Assembly (NCBI GenBank): GCA_021732215.1
Contig: JAKFVL010000010.1
Span: 10,547-74,546, forward strand
DNA from: Hyphomicrobiales bacterium
Lineage (GTDB): Bacteria > Pseudomonadota > Alphaproteobacteria > Rhizobiales > Xanthobacteraceae
DNA: 64,000 bases
Direction: 5' to 3'
Below, piece by piece: positions 38,086 to 46,500 of the stretch. The first letter of the stretch is position 1. Each line of letters begins with the position of its first letter. The notes under the pieces are model-generated. The model worked only from the letters and a program-made list of their open reading frames with translations. It did not search any database and was not told the origin of the DNA. The position numbers and the translations under genes are program-made.

Positions 38086-38203
38086 TGTCATTTGCGAGCC
38101 ATCGGGTCTCGCCTCCGGCGAGCCCGATGACACGCTCAGCGAAGCAATCCATATGACTGAATTTACAGAATTGCTTCGTCGCTGCGCTTCTCGCAACGAC
38201 GGG
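38086..38203. repeat. family-B palindromic element (GTCATTGCGAG...GAAGCAATCC...GGATTGCTTCG...CTCGCAATGAC type), copy 1
   Basis: TGTCATTTGCGAGCC...GCGAAGCAATCCATATG...AGAATTGCTTCGTCGC...CTCGCAACGACGG, between the convergent NHL gene and alr. Confidence 0.8.
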
Positions 38204-38220
38204 ATGGATGTCGGTTTCCT

Positions 38221-39435
38221 TCAATCGCCGGCTTGGGGCGCCGGCTGGTCCATAGCCTTCGGCGGCTCCGCAGACGCGGGCGCGTCCTTGTAGACGCGGG
38301 CGTAGCGCGGGCCGAGGCTTGTCAGCACCTCGTAGCCGATGGTGCCGAAGTGATGACCCAATTCATCGACGGTGATGCCGTCGCCAATGAGTGTTGCCAT
38401 ATGGCCGCGCCGCACTGGCGCTGTGACGTCAGTCACATCGATGGCAGTGAGGTCCATCGAGATGCGGCCGGCGATCGGGCAGCGCTGGCCTGCGACGATG
38501 GTTTCGGCGCTGCGGGTGCCGTCGACGCCGCTGGCGGCGCGGAAATAGCCGTCAGCGTATCCGGCCGCGGCAACGGCAACGCGCGTGTCGCGCCGCGCCG
38601 TCCACGTCGCGCCGTAGCCGATGGTTTCACCCTTCGCCACATGACGCACCTGCACGATACGCGCCTTCAGATCGATCACCTGCTGCATCGGATTGTCGGC
38701 TTCCGGCGTCGGATTGACGCCGTACAGCGCCGCGCCCGGCCGGATCATGTCGAACAGAAAGTGCGGTCCCAGAAAAATTCCCGACGAATTGGAGAGCGAC
38801 GCCGAGACGCCGGAAAACAGACTCGCGATCTCGCGAAATGCCGCGACCTGCCTGGCATTCATCGGATGACCGAGCGTTTCGGCGCAGGCGAGATGGCTCA
38901 TGACCAGCGAGAATCCGGGATTGACGGTCTTCATTCGCGGCGCAAGGCCCTGGGCTTCGCCGATGCTGAGGCCGAGCCGGTTCATTCCGGTGTCGATATG
39001 AATCGCGGCAGTGCCGAGCCATCCGGCAGTGGAGCGAAACGCATCCCACTCGGCCAGTTCGCCCATGTCGCCGATCACCGGCATGCAGTTGATGGCAGCG
39101 AACTGATCGCCGGTGCCGGAAAACAATCCGTCGAGCACGTAGATTTTGGCGGTCGGCGCGGTCGCGCGCACGGTGCGCGCTTCGTCCAGCGTGGCAACAA
39201 AGAACGTCTTGCAGCCCGCGTCGCTGAGCGTCTTCGTCACCGGTGCGAGACCGCAGCCATAGGCATCCGCCTTGACGACGCCCGCGCATTCGGCCGGCAC
39301 GCCCTTGCCTTCGAGCTTCTTCCAGTTCGCTGCGATCGCGCCGAGATCGACGGTGAGAATGCCGTTGGCCGATGCGTTGCCGGCGGCGGGCGCAGCCTGT
39401 GCGGCGATGGATTTCGGATCGGTGGCGCGGTTCAT
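38221..39435 (-). CDS. alr: alanine racemase
   Basis: PLP-lysine region GVVKADAYGCG and full-length Alr similarity. The N-terminal extension may mean a later start. Confidence 0.9.
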   Translation of the reverse strand: MNRATDPKSIAAQAAPAAGNASANGILTVDLGAIAANWKKLEGKGVPAECAGVVKADAYGCGLAPVTKTLSDAGCKTFFVATLDEARTVRATAPTAKIYVLDGLFSGTGDQFAAINCMPVIGDMGELAEWDAFRSTAGWLGTAAIHIDTGMNRLGLSIGEAQGLAPRMKTVNPGFSLVMSHLACAETLGHPMNARQVAAFREIASLFSGVSASLSNSSGIFLGPHFLFDMIRPGAALYGVNPTPEADNPMQQVIDLKARIVQVRHVAKGETIGYGATWTARRDTRVAVAAAGYADGYFRAASGVDGTRSAETIVAGQRCPIAGRISMDLTAIDVTDVTAPVRRGHMATLIGDGITVDELGHHFGTIGYEVLTSLGPRYARVYKDAPASAEPPKAMDQPAPQAGD

Positions 39436-39502
39436 GATGGCCGCACCATACGCGCGGAGCGGGGAGGGTCAACCGCGCAGAATATCGATTGCAGGCAACG
39501 AT

Positions 39503-40996
39503 TTAGGGGCGATACGGCAGCGGTGTGTCCTGCGACAGATCGCTGAACCGTGTCAGACTGGCCTCGAATTGCAATTCGACGGTGCCGGTCGGTCCGTGAC
39601 GCTGCTTGCCGATGATGACTTCAGCCTTGCCGTGGACCAGCGCCATTTCGGTTTGCCATTTCTCGTGCTCGGGCGTTCCGGGGCGCGGCTCCTTGTTTTG
39701 CAGATAGTATTCTTCGCGAAACACGAACAGCACGACGTCGGCGTCCTGCTCGATCGAGCCGGATTCACGCAAGTCCGAAAGCTGCGGGCGCTTGTCGTCG
39801 CGGTTCTCTACCTGACGTGAGAGCTGCGACAGCGCGATGATCGGGACGTTCAGCTCCTTCGCCAGCGCCTTCAGGCCGGTGGTGATCTCGGTGACTTCCT
39901 GCACGCGGTTGTCGGACCGCTTGCCGGAGCCCTGCAAGAGCTGAATGTAATCGATGATCAGCAGGTCGAGACCCTTCTGGCGCTTCAGCCGCCGCGCTCG
40001 CGCGGTGAGCTGTCCGATCGAGAGGCCGCCGGTGTCGTCGACGTAGAACGGGAGGTTCTGCATCTCGACCGCGTGATCGCGAATCTTGTCGAAATCGGTT
40101 TCGGTGATGCCGCCGCGGCGGATCGAGCTCGACGAGATACCGGTGCGCTCGGAAAGAATGCGCGTGGCGAGCTGTTCCGACGACATTTCGAGCGAGAAGA
40201 ATCCGACGATGCCGCCATTGACCGACTTCATCTGGCCGTCGGCCTGCACTTCGCCGCGCCATGACTTCGCGACGTTGTAGGCGATGTTGGTGGCGAGTGC
40301 GGTTTTGCCCATCGCGGGGCGACCGGCAAGGATGATGAGATCGGACGGCTGCAGGCCGCCCATCTTGGTGTCCATGTCGCGCAAACCGGAGGCGAGGCCG
40401 GAGAGATGGCCGTCGCGCGCATAGGCATTGGCCGCCATATCGACGGCGATGGTCAGGGCCTGCGCGAATTTCTGGAAGCCGCCGTCGTAGCGGCCCTGTT
40501 CGGCGAGGTCATAAAGGCGGCGTTCGGCATCCTCGATTTGCGCGCGCGGCGCGAAATCGACCGGTGCGTCGTAGGCGACGTTGACCATGTCCTCGCCGAT
40601 CTGGATCAGATCGCGGCGCAGAGCCAACTCATAGATGGTGCGGCCGTAATCGGCGGCGTTGATGATGGTGGTGGCTTCGGCTGCAAGACGCGCGAGATAC
40701 TGGCTGACCGTCATGCCGCCGAGGTCGGCGTCGGCCAGAAAGGTCTTAAGCGTCACCGGCGTTGCGACCTTGCCCATGCGGATCAGGCTGCCGGCGGTCT
40801 CGTAGATCTGCTGATGGATGCCTTCGAAAAAATGCTTCGGTTCGAGAAAATCCGAGACCCGATAGAAGGCGTCGTTGTTGATCAGAATCGCGCCCAGAAG
40901 GCTCTGTTCCGCCTCGATATTGTGGGGCGCGGAACGGTACGCCGGCGCGGATGCATCGGGCGCGAGCTTGAGAACGTTCGATTCGGGCAGAGCCAT
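39503..40996 (-). CDS. dnaB: replicative DNA helicase
   Basis: PHNIEAEQSLLGAIL N-terminus, Walker A AGRPAMGKTALA, IIDYIQL, LSQLSRQVE. Confidence 0.96.
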   Translation of the reverse strand: MALPESNVLKLAPDASAPAYRSAPHNIEAEQSLLGAILINNDAFYRVSDFLEPKHFFEGIHQQIYETAGSLIRMGKVATPVTLKTFLADADLGGMTVSQYLARLAAEATTIINAADYGRTIYELALRRDLIQIGEDMVNVAYDAPVDFAPRAQIEDAERRLYDLAEQGRYDGGFQKFAQALTIAVDMAANAYARDGHLSGLASGLRDMDTKMGGLQPSDLIILAGRPAMGKTALATNIAYNVAKSWRGEVQADGQMKSVNGGIVGFFSLEMSSEQLATRILSERTGISSSSIRRGGITETDFDKIRDHAVEMQNLPFYVDDTGGLSIGQLTARARRLKRQKGLDLLIIDYIQLLQGSGKRSDNRVQEVTEITTGLKALAKELNVPIIALSQLSRQVENRDDKRPQLSDLRESGSIEQDADVVLFVFREEYYLQNKEPRPGTPEHEKWQTEMALVHGKAEVIIGKQRHGPTGTVELQFEASLTRFSDLSQDTPLPYRP

Positions 40997-41435
40997 GGGC
41001 TTTGGTAGTCCGGTTTTCGGGCGAATGCGGGGCGCGCATCAAAGCGCCAGCCGGAGGCCCGACGGAAGCACCGATCTGTCTTATGCACGATTCCCACATG
41101 CCCAGCCGTCAAAGGCGGCACAAGACGATTTGCGCCTTGACGCTTGATTGCAGAACTCGCCGTTCCGCTCGGGTCGCCGGCAGCGCGAAAATGGAAGCCG
41201 GGCCAATGAGAACATGAAGGTTTCGGTTGCCCGGAACCGGAGACGGGCAAATTCGCGCGGCGGCGCAACAGTACCTCAAGCACAGGGTACCGGAATCGTT
41301 ATCAGCCTCACTCAAATGGGATGATCCTGCTGAACCTTTTGGCGAGCAGGACGACCTATTGTGCAGCAAGACGGCATTCCAATGGAACGCATCCAGGCGC
41401 CCGGCGTTGAATTGTACGCTCAAAGGTATCGGATC

Positions 41436-41651
41436 ATGGCTGACGGATTCAAACAGCTGCAGAATGGCCGGCAGGATAATTCCTGGCTATCGATGCTGGT
41501 CGATACCATGAATGCGGTTTCGGAACCGCAGGCTGTTCGCTGTCCCTGCGATTCCTGGGTGGTTGATGCCTTGAAGGCCAAGCTCGAACGGCCGGCGTCC
41601 GCAAACCGTATCGCGAAGCGCCATCTCGCCGATCTCACGCCGACATTCTGA
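41436..41651 (+). CDS. possible small hypothetical protein (weak call)
   Basis: Only ORF of note inside an 870-nt gap. 71 aa from the ATG at 41436 (ORF 41361..41651). No motif and a weak RBS. Confidence 0.25.
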   Translation: MADGFKQLQNGRQDNSWLSMLVDTMNAVSEPQAVRCPCDSWVVDALKAKLERPASANRIAKRHLADLTPTF

Positions 41652-41865
41652 TCGTTGTCAGGCCGCGTGTGTTCCTAATTCGCTGCGCCTCAGAGTTTCC
41701 CGCAGAGTGCGTCAAAAGATTCCGGCCGCAGTCCAGTGCAATGCTGTGGCACACCAGCCGCGCTTTTTTGAGACGTGGACCGCGCCATCTCGGCGCTTCC
41801 ATTCGCTCGCGTTTGCGGTAAAAGGTGACCGGCCTCGGCGGGCCATTTCCGCTTCGGAGGATTGA

Positions 41866-42801
41866 ATGTTTGGCCGAACGCTCTGTTTGGCGGCGTTAGC
41901 GATTCTGACCGGGTTTGTCGTCGTGTTTCCAGCGCGAGCGCAGAATCTCGACGCCGGAAAGACGCCTGCTCAATTGTTCGGCGGAAGCTGCGCTGAGTGC
42001 CACAAGAGCGCGCGCGGCTTGCTACGGAGCGTTGCGCCCGGTTCGTTGCCGGGTTTCCTGCGTCAGCACTATACGACCTCGACCGACATGGCGAAGACGC
42101 TCAGTGGTTTTCTGCTTGCCAATGGTGCGACAGAGACGCCGCGCGTCGCCAACATTCCCACCAATCGTCAGGGCCGTCCGGATGCTCAGCCGAGCAACCC
42201 GCAAGGAGCGGCAGCTGCTTCACCCGGCACAAATGCTGGCCAGCAGGGCAGGCTGCCTCGTCCGGATGCGCCCCTGCAGCAGGCGGCCCGGCCGGATGCG
42301 GATGGACTTGGTCAGTCCGAGCCCCAACGTGCGCCACGCAATGCCAAGCAGGGCGCACGCGCGCCGGAGGCCGGTTCTGATGGCCAGCCGCTGACGGGCC
42401 AGCCCGGTTCTGCATTGCCTAATGCCGGGGCGAAAGCTGGCGCACGAAATACCAAGCGAGGTGCAGAGCCCGACACCCCCGTTGCAGTCGCTGCGCGGGA
42501 TCCTGTTGCGCAAGTGCAGGCGCCGGCCGGAGACGCGGCGATCTCGGCTGCGGTGCCGCTGCCGGAATCCGCCAACCTGCCGCCGCCGACGATTGCCGAC
42601 TTCAAGGCCGAGCCGCCGAGATCCGAGCCGCCAAAACAGCAGCAGGCGGCAGCACCCGCTGCCACTGCGACCGTGTCGCCTCAGCCCCCAGCTGCCTCAC
42701 CCCCTCCGGCTCCGCCGCAGGCGCCGGGACGCACGTCTTCGGCGTCGCTCGCGCCCAGGCCGCCTGCCGGACCGCCGCCCGCGCCGCCGATCTCGCATTG
42801 A
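41866..42801 (+). CDS. exported protein with a single CxxCH (cytochrome c-type) motif and a long Pro/Ala-rich tail
   Basis: Signal peptide LAALAILTGFVVVFPARAQ, then GGSCAECHKS. The last roughly 210 aa are low-complexity P/A/Q/G. Confidence 0.7.
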   Translation: MFGRTLCLAALAILTGFVVVFPARAQNLDAGKTPAQLFGGSCAECHKSARGLLRSVAPGSLPGFLRQHYTTSTDMAKTLSGFLLANGATETPRVANIPTNRQGRPDAQPSNPQGAAAASPGTNAGQQGRLPRPDAPLQQAARPDADGLGQSEPQRAPRNAKQGARAPEAGSDGQPLTGQPGSALPNAGAKAGARNTKRGAEPDTPVAVAARDPVAQVQAPAGDAAISAAVPLPESANLPPPTIADFKAEPPRSEPPKQQQAAAPAATATVSPQPPAASPPPAPPQAPGRTSSASLAPRPPAGPPPAPPISH

Positions 42802-42851
42802 TCGTGCGCCGATCCGGGCAGCGGCTTTTGACCTTTCGCGAGAACAAAAAA

Positions 42852-42880
42852 ACCCGGTTCGCATCGCGAACCGGGTTTTT
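42852..42880. terminator. bidirectional rho-independent terminator between the CxxCH-protein gene and rplI
   Basis: AAAAAAA-CCCGGTTCGC-ATC-GCGAACCGGG-TTTTT: a 10-bp GC-rich stem flanked by an A-run and a T-run. Confidence 0.85.
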
Positions 42881-42915
42881 CATTTCGAGTGGCAACGCGA
42901 GAGTTGCGCTGACGA

Positions 42916-43521
42916 TTACTTCTCTTCCTTCTCCGCAGCGGGTGCTGGCGCGACGTCCTCGGGCTGCGCATCCGGATCGAAGAATTCGCCGGCGGCGGCG
43001 ATCGCTTCCGCAGCGGCGTCCTGATCTTCCTGACGTGTGGAGATGTCTTCTCCGCGCTTGATGCGCGCAGCTTCATCGGCGCTGCGGGCGACGATGACGG
43101 TGATGCTGGTTTCAACTTCCGGGTGAACCGCGATCGTGACCTTGCGCTGACCGATCACCTTGATCGGCGCATCGAGCCAGACTTGCGGGCGGCTGACGTT
43201 GACGCCATCGGCGGCGAGCTGATCGACGATGTCGCGCACGGTGACCGATCCGAACAACTGGCCGCTTTCCGACGCCTGACGGATCACGATGATCTCGCGG
43301 CCCTCGACCTTCTCGGCGACCTTGGCAGCTTCGCCCTTGGCTTCAAGGTTGCGGGCTTCGAGATCGGCTTTCATGCCGTCGTATTTCTGACGGTTTTCCG
43401 CGGTTGCACGCAGCGCCTTCTTTCGCTTGAGCAGGAAGTTGCGCGCGTAACCGTCCTTCACTTTCACCACTTCGCCCATCTGGCCAAGTTTGGCGACACG
43501 TTCCAAAAGAATGACTTCCAT
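42916..43521 (-). CDS. rplI: 50S ribosomal protein L9
   Basis: [31 protein letters not shown]. Internal ATG of ORF 42916..43545. Acidic C-terminal extension. Confidence 0.95.
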   Translation of the reverse strand: MEVILLERVAKLGQMGEVVKVKDGYARNFLLKRKKALRATAENRQKYDGMKADLEARNLEAKGEAAKVAEKVEGREIIVIRQASESGQLFGSVTVRDIVDQLAADGVNVSRPQVWLDAPIKVIGQRKVTIAVHPEVETSITVIVARSADEAARIKRGEDISTRQEDQDAAAEAIAAAGEFFDPDAQPEDVAPAPAAEKEEK

Positions 43522-43567
43522 TTCGTTTCTCCTCGATGATTTCAAGCTGTTGAAGAATGGGATGCGG

Positions 43568-44536
43568 TCATGTCGTCGGGACCGCAGGTCGATGGCGCTG
43601 CAGGAAGCGTTGCCGGAATCCGAACACGGCGTCGGCGAGGCCGACGATGGCCATCACGATCACCGGCCAGCCAAACACCATTACGGTGGCGTAGGCGAAC
43701 GACAGCCACAGTCCGCGACTCTTCAGCGCCAGGGTGACTGTGTGCAACGTGGCGAAACCGGTCACCGCGTAGGCTGTCATCAGCGCCGCGCTGACGATCT
43801 GGGATGCGATGGCCAGCAATCCGCCGGTGAAGCAGAACGCGATCGCAGCCGAGAGTGCGGCCAGTGTCATCGGCGGCAGCGCGGTGGACTTGATGTCGGG
43901 CCACGGACGGTTCAGCCGGCCCGAGGTACGAGCGATCTTGGCCGCAAGCCAGACGTTAAGCGTCAGCGCGATCAAGGTGCCGAGCGTGCCTGCGGCCGGA
44001 GCGAGAATGGTCATCAGATTGCCGAGCCCTCGCGCACCTTCTGCTTCGGCGACGCGGGGACCCAGCATGCGCATCAATCCGCGGCGCAGTGCAGCCTGAA
44101 TGGTTTCTGCGTCGCTGCCGAGCGTCAGCAGCGTGCCCATGGTGATGAGAGACGCAAATGCTGCGATCCAGAGCAGGATACGGCCGATCGGATACCATTC
44201 CAGCGTCTGCGCATCGTCGGGGCTTGCAGGCACGACGGTTGCAGATTCGACAGGACGGCCGAGCAGTATCAAACGGCCGAGCCACCACGCCGGGAGCGCC
44301 GCCCACAGCGCGAATGCGATCATGTAGGAAAAGCCGACGACCAAACCTAGTCCGATGGCAGCGGCGATGCCGCCGATGGCAGCGGCGAACGGACCCCAGC
44401 CGAGTGCTGTGACCAGCAGCGGCAGCGGCGCGAGATACATCAAGACAACGGAAATCAGCGATCCGGAAATCACGGACGCGAACATCAGCGCTGATGCAGC
44501 GCCGGCGGCAATGGCAATGAGTATGCTCGTCATCAT
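43568..44536 (-). CDS. DUF2232-type integral membrane protein located between rpsR and rplI
   Basis: About 322 aa, multi-pass. Start at MMTSIL within ORF 43568..44581. Confidence 0.75.
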   Translation of the reverse strand: MMTSILIAIAAGAASALMFASVISGSLISVVLMYLAPLPLLVTALGWGPFAAAIGGIAAAIGLGLVVGFSYMIAFALWAALPAWWLGRLILLGRPVESATVVPASPDDAQTLEWYPIGRILLWIAAFASLITMGTLLTLGSDAETIQAALRRGLMRMLGPRVAEAEGARGLGNLMTILAPAAGTLGTLIALTLNVWLAAKIARTSGRLNRPWPDIKSTALPPMTLAALSAAIAFCFTGGLLAIASQIVSAALMTAYAVTGFATLHTVTLALKSRGLWLSFAYATVMVFGWPVIVMAIVGLADAVFGFRQRFLQRHRPAVPTT

Positions 44537-44621
44537 CAGCTGTCCCGCCCCCTTTGAGCGGTTAGAGGCGTTTCGCCCCAACCATCCACCGCAGCATGAC
44601 CCGCGGTGTTTCGATTTATAT

Positions 44622-44716
44622 TGTCATTCGCCGTCAGCCATTGCGAGGAGCGTTAGCGACGAAGCAACCCAATTGGCCGAATTTTCTGGATTGCTTCGCT
44701 GCGCTCGCAATGACGG
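44622..44716. repeat. family-B palindromic element, copy 2
   Basis: TGTCATTCGCC...CATTGCGAGGAGCG...GACGAAGCAACCC...GGATTGCTTCGCTGCGCTCGCAATGACGG, between rpsR and the DUF2232 gene. Confidence 0.8.
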
Positions 44717-44731
44717 GCGTTTCGTTTCGTA

Positions 44732-44971
44732 TCAGCGGATCACGTAAGGCAGCAGACCGAGATAGCGCGCGCGTTTGATCGCAATCGCCAGCTCGCGCTG
44801 TTTCTTGGCCGAGACGGCGGTGATCCGGCTCGGCACGATCTTGCCGCGCTCGGACACGTAACGCATCAGCAGCTTGGAATCCTTGTAGTCGATCTTCGGC
44901 GCGTTATCGCCCGTGAACGGGCAGCTCTTGCGGCGGCGAAAGAACGGACGGCGAGCACCTGCTTCAGCCAT
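44732..44971 (-). CDS. rpsR: 30S ribosomal protein S18
   Basis: RRRKSCPF...[42 protein letters not shown]. Confidence 0.96.
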   Translation of the reverse strand: MAEAGARRPFFRRRKSCPFTGDNAPKIDYKDSKLLMRYVSERGKIVPSRITAVSAKKQRELAIAIKRARYLGLLPYVIR

Positions 44972-44976
44972 GATGA

Positions 44977-45450
44977 TTACTCCTCAACCGCAGTTGCATC
45001 GGCATCGCGCGGACGGCGCGGGCCTCGATCGCCACGGAAACCGCCTTCGCGGTCGCCACGAAAGCCGCCGCCATCACGGTCGCGGCCACCAAAGCCGCCG
45101 CCGCGATCGTCACGCTCGCGATCGCGATCCGCCTTGCGCATCATCGCCGACGGGCCTTCTTCAAGTTCGTCGACGCGCACGGTGAGATAGCGGATGACGT
45201 CTTCGTTGATCCGCTCCTGGCGCTCGATTTCCGCAACGATGGCGGCGGGGCCATCGATGTTCATGAACACGAAGTGAGCCTTGCGGTTCTTGTTCATGCG
45301 GTAGGTGAGGGAGCGCACGCCCCACTGCTCGGTCTTTGCGACCTTGCCGCCGAGTCCTTCGATAACGCCCGTGATCTGGGTCGTCAGTTCTTCCACCTGC
45401 TGGGTGCTCGCGTCCTGACGTGCGAGAAACACATGCTCATAAAGAGGCAT
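44977..45450 (-). CDS. rpsF: 30S ribosomal protein S6 (with an Arg/Gly/Asp-rich C-terminal tail)
   Basis: [13 protein letters not shown]...[22 protein letters not shown], followed by an [25 protein letters not shown] tail. Confidence 0.95.
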   Translation of the reverse strand: MPLYEHVFLARQDASTQQVEELTTQITGVIEGLGGKVAKTEQWGVRSLTYRMNKNRKAHFVFMNIDGPAAIVAEIERQERINEDVIRYLTVRVDELEEGPSAMMRKADRDRERDDRGGGFGGRDRDGGGFRGDREGGFRGDRGPRRPRDADATAVEE

Positions 45451-45455
45451 GAAGC

Positions 45456-45513
45456 GTCCTTTCCTGTTGGCGCGGGTCCTGGCGGCAAGCCCTTCGAGGC
45501 CTTCGGAAAGGAC
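45456..45513 (-). promoter_or_regulatory. rpsF leader hairpin that sequesters the Shine-Dalgarno sequence
   Basis: On the mRNA strand GUCCUUUCC (45513-45505) pairs with GGAAAGGAC (45464-45456). The latter is the SD, 5 nt before the rpsF AUG. Confidence 0.5.
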
Positions 45514-45748
45514 TCGATAAATGCTCAGAAGGCGGAAGCACGGGACGACGGACCGACTGGCCCTGCCACATCAATCGCCTGAAAGGTGAGATTGCTGAGA
45601 CCGTCCGTTCAGCTCCCGGCCGGGATCCACGGATGCGCGCGTTATAGGGGTTTTCAGCGGGATGGCAAGGCAAAGTCCCTGGTTTCGGGGGCGTCTTGCC
45701 GAGGCTTTTCGGAGACTAGCGGCCCGCCACGAGCATTGATTTATTTGT

Positions 45749-45763
45749 TTGTATATCATACAA
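45749..45763. promoter_or_regulatory. palindrome TTGTAT-ATC-ATACAA, candidate TetR operator overlapping an AT-rich promoter-like stretch
   Basis: Perfect 6-bp arms, 48 nt upstream of the TetR start, inside the only AT-rich patch (TTGATTTATTTGTTTGTATATCATACAAGGAATG) of the spacer. Confidence 0.5.
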
Positions 45764-45810
45764 GGAATGCTGAAGTTAGATCGTTAGACACCGTTGGACA
45801 GAAGGTGGCG

Positions 45811-46500
45811 ATGAGCGAAAGCGCCCTTCAAAGCAGTCTTGAAGCCCCAAGCAGCGATCCCAAGCACGCTGCGCGGGCGACACGCACGGCAGGGCGGCAG
45901 ATGCGCTCCAAGCTGCTGGACGCCGCCAGCCGCCTGTTCAAGGAACGTGGGCTCACGGGTGCTTCGATCTCGGACATTGCGGCAGGCGCGGATGCGTTTC
46001 CGAGCCAGATCACCTATTACTTCCGCACCAAGGAAGCGCTGTTCGTCGAGGCCGCCTGCCGCGACATGCTGTACGTCGCCCGTGCCGCGGAGCAGGCCGC
46101 GCTGCTCGCGCAATCGCCGCAGGATTACACCCGCGCGCTGGTCGCGAGCGTGACGGCTTCCGATTCAGTGGCATTCTTCGCGGAAGCATTGACGCTGACG
46201 CGACGACGGCAGGATCTGGCGCCGCTGGTCGAGCGCACGATCGCGCGGCTGCACAGCGAGGGCCTTCGCGCTTACGTTGGCCAGATCGAGCGGCATGGCT
46301 GGCGGTCCTTGCGCGATCCCGACACCACCTCGCGGCGATTCTGGGCGGTCGCGATCGGGGTCGCCGTCGAGGGTTACGCCATGGGGCGTTCGGCGGAGGA
46401 ACTTTGCGCCGAGATGCTGCGCATCATCGGCGAGCAGGCCGATGTGCGGTTGCGCGTCGTTGGCGATGCGCACACCAAAGATGAGGAGGGACAATCATGA
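45811..46500 (+). CDS. TetR/AcrR family transcriptional regulator
   Basis: HTH region LLDAASRLFKERGLTGASISDIAAGADAFPSQITYYFRTKEALF. Stop overlaps the start of the desaturase gene (ATGA at 46497-46500). Confidence 0.88.
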   Translation: MSESALQSSLEAPSSDPKHAARATRTAGRQMRSKLLDAASRLFKERGLTGASISDIAAGADAFPSQITYYFRTKEALFVEAACRDMLYVARAAEQAALLAQSPQDYTRALVASVTASDSVAFFAEALTLTRRRQDLAPLVERTIARLHSEGLRAYVGQIERHGWRSLRDPDTTSRRFWAVAIGVAVEGYAMGRSAEELCAEMLRIIGEQADVRLRVVGDAHTKDEEGQS

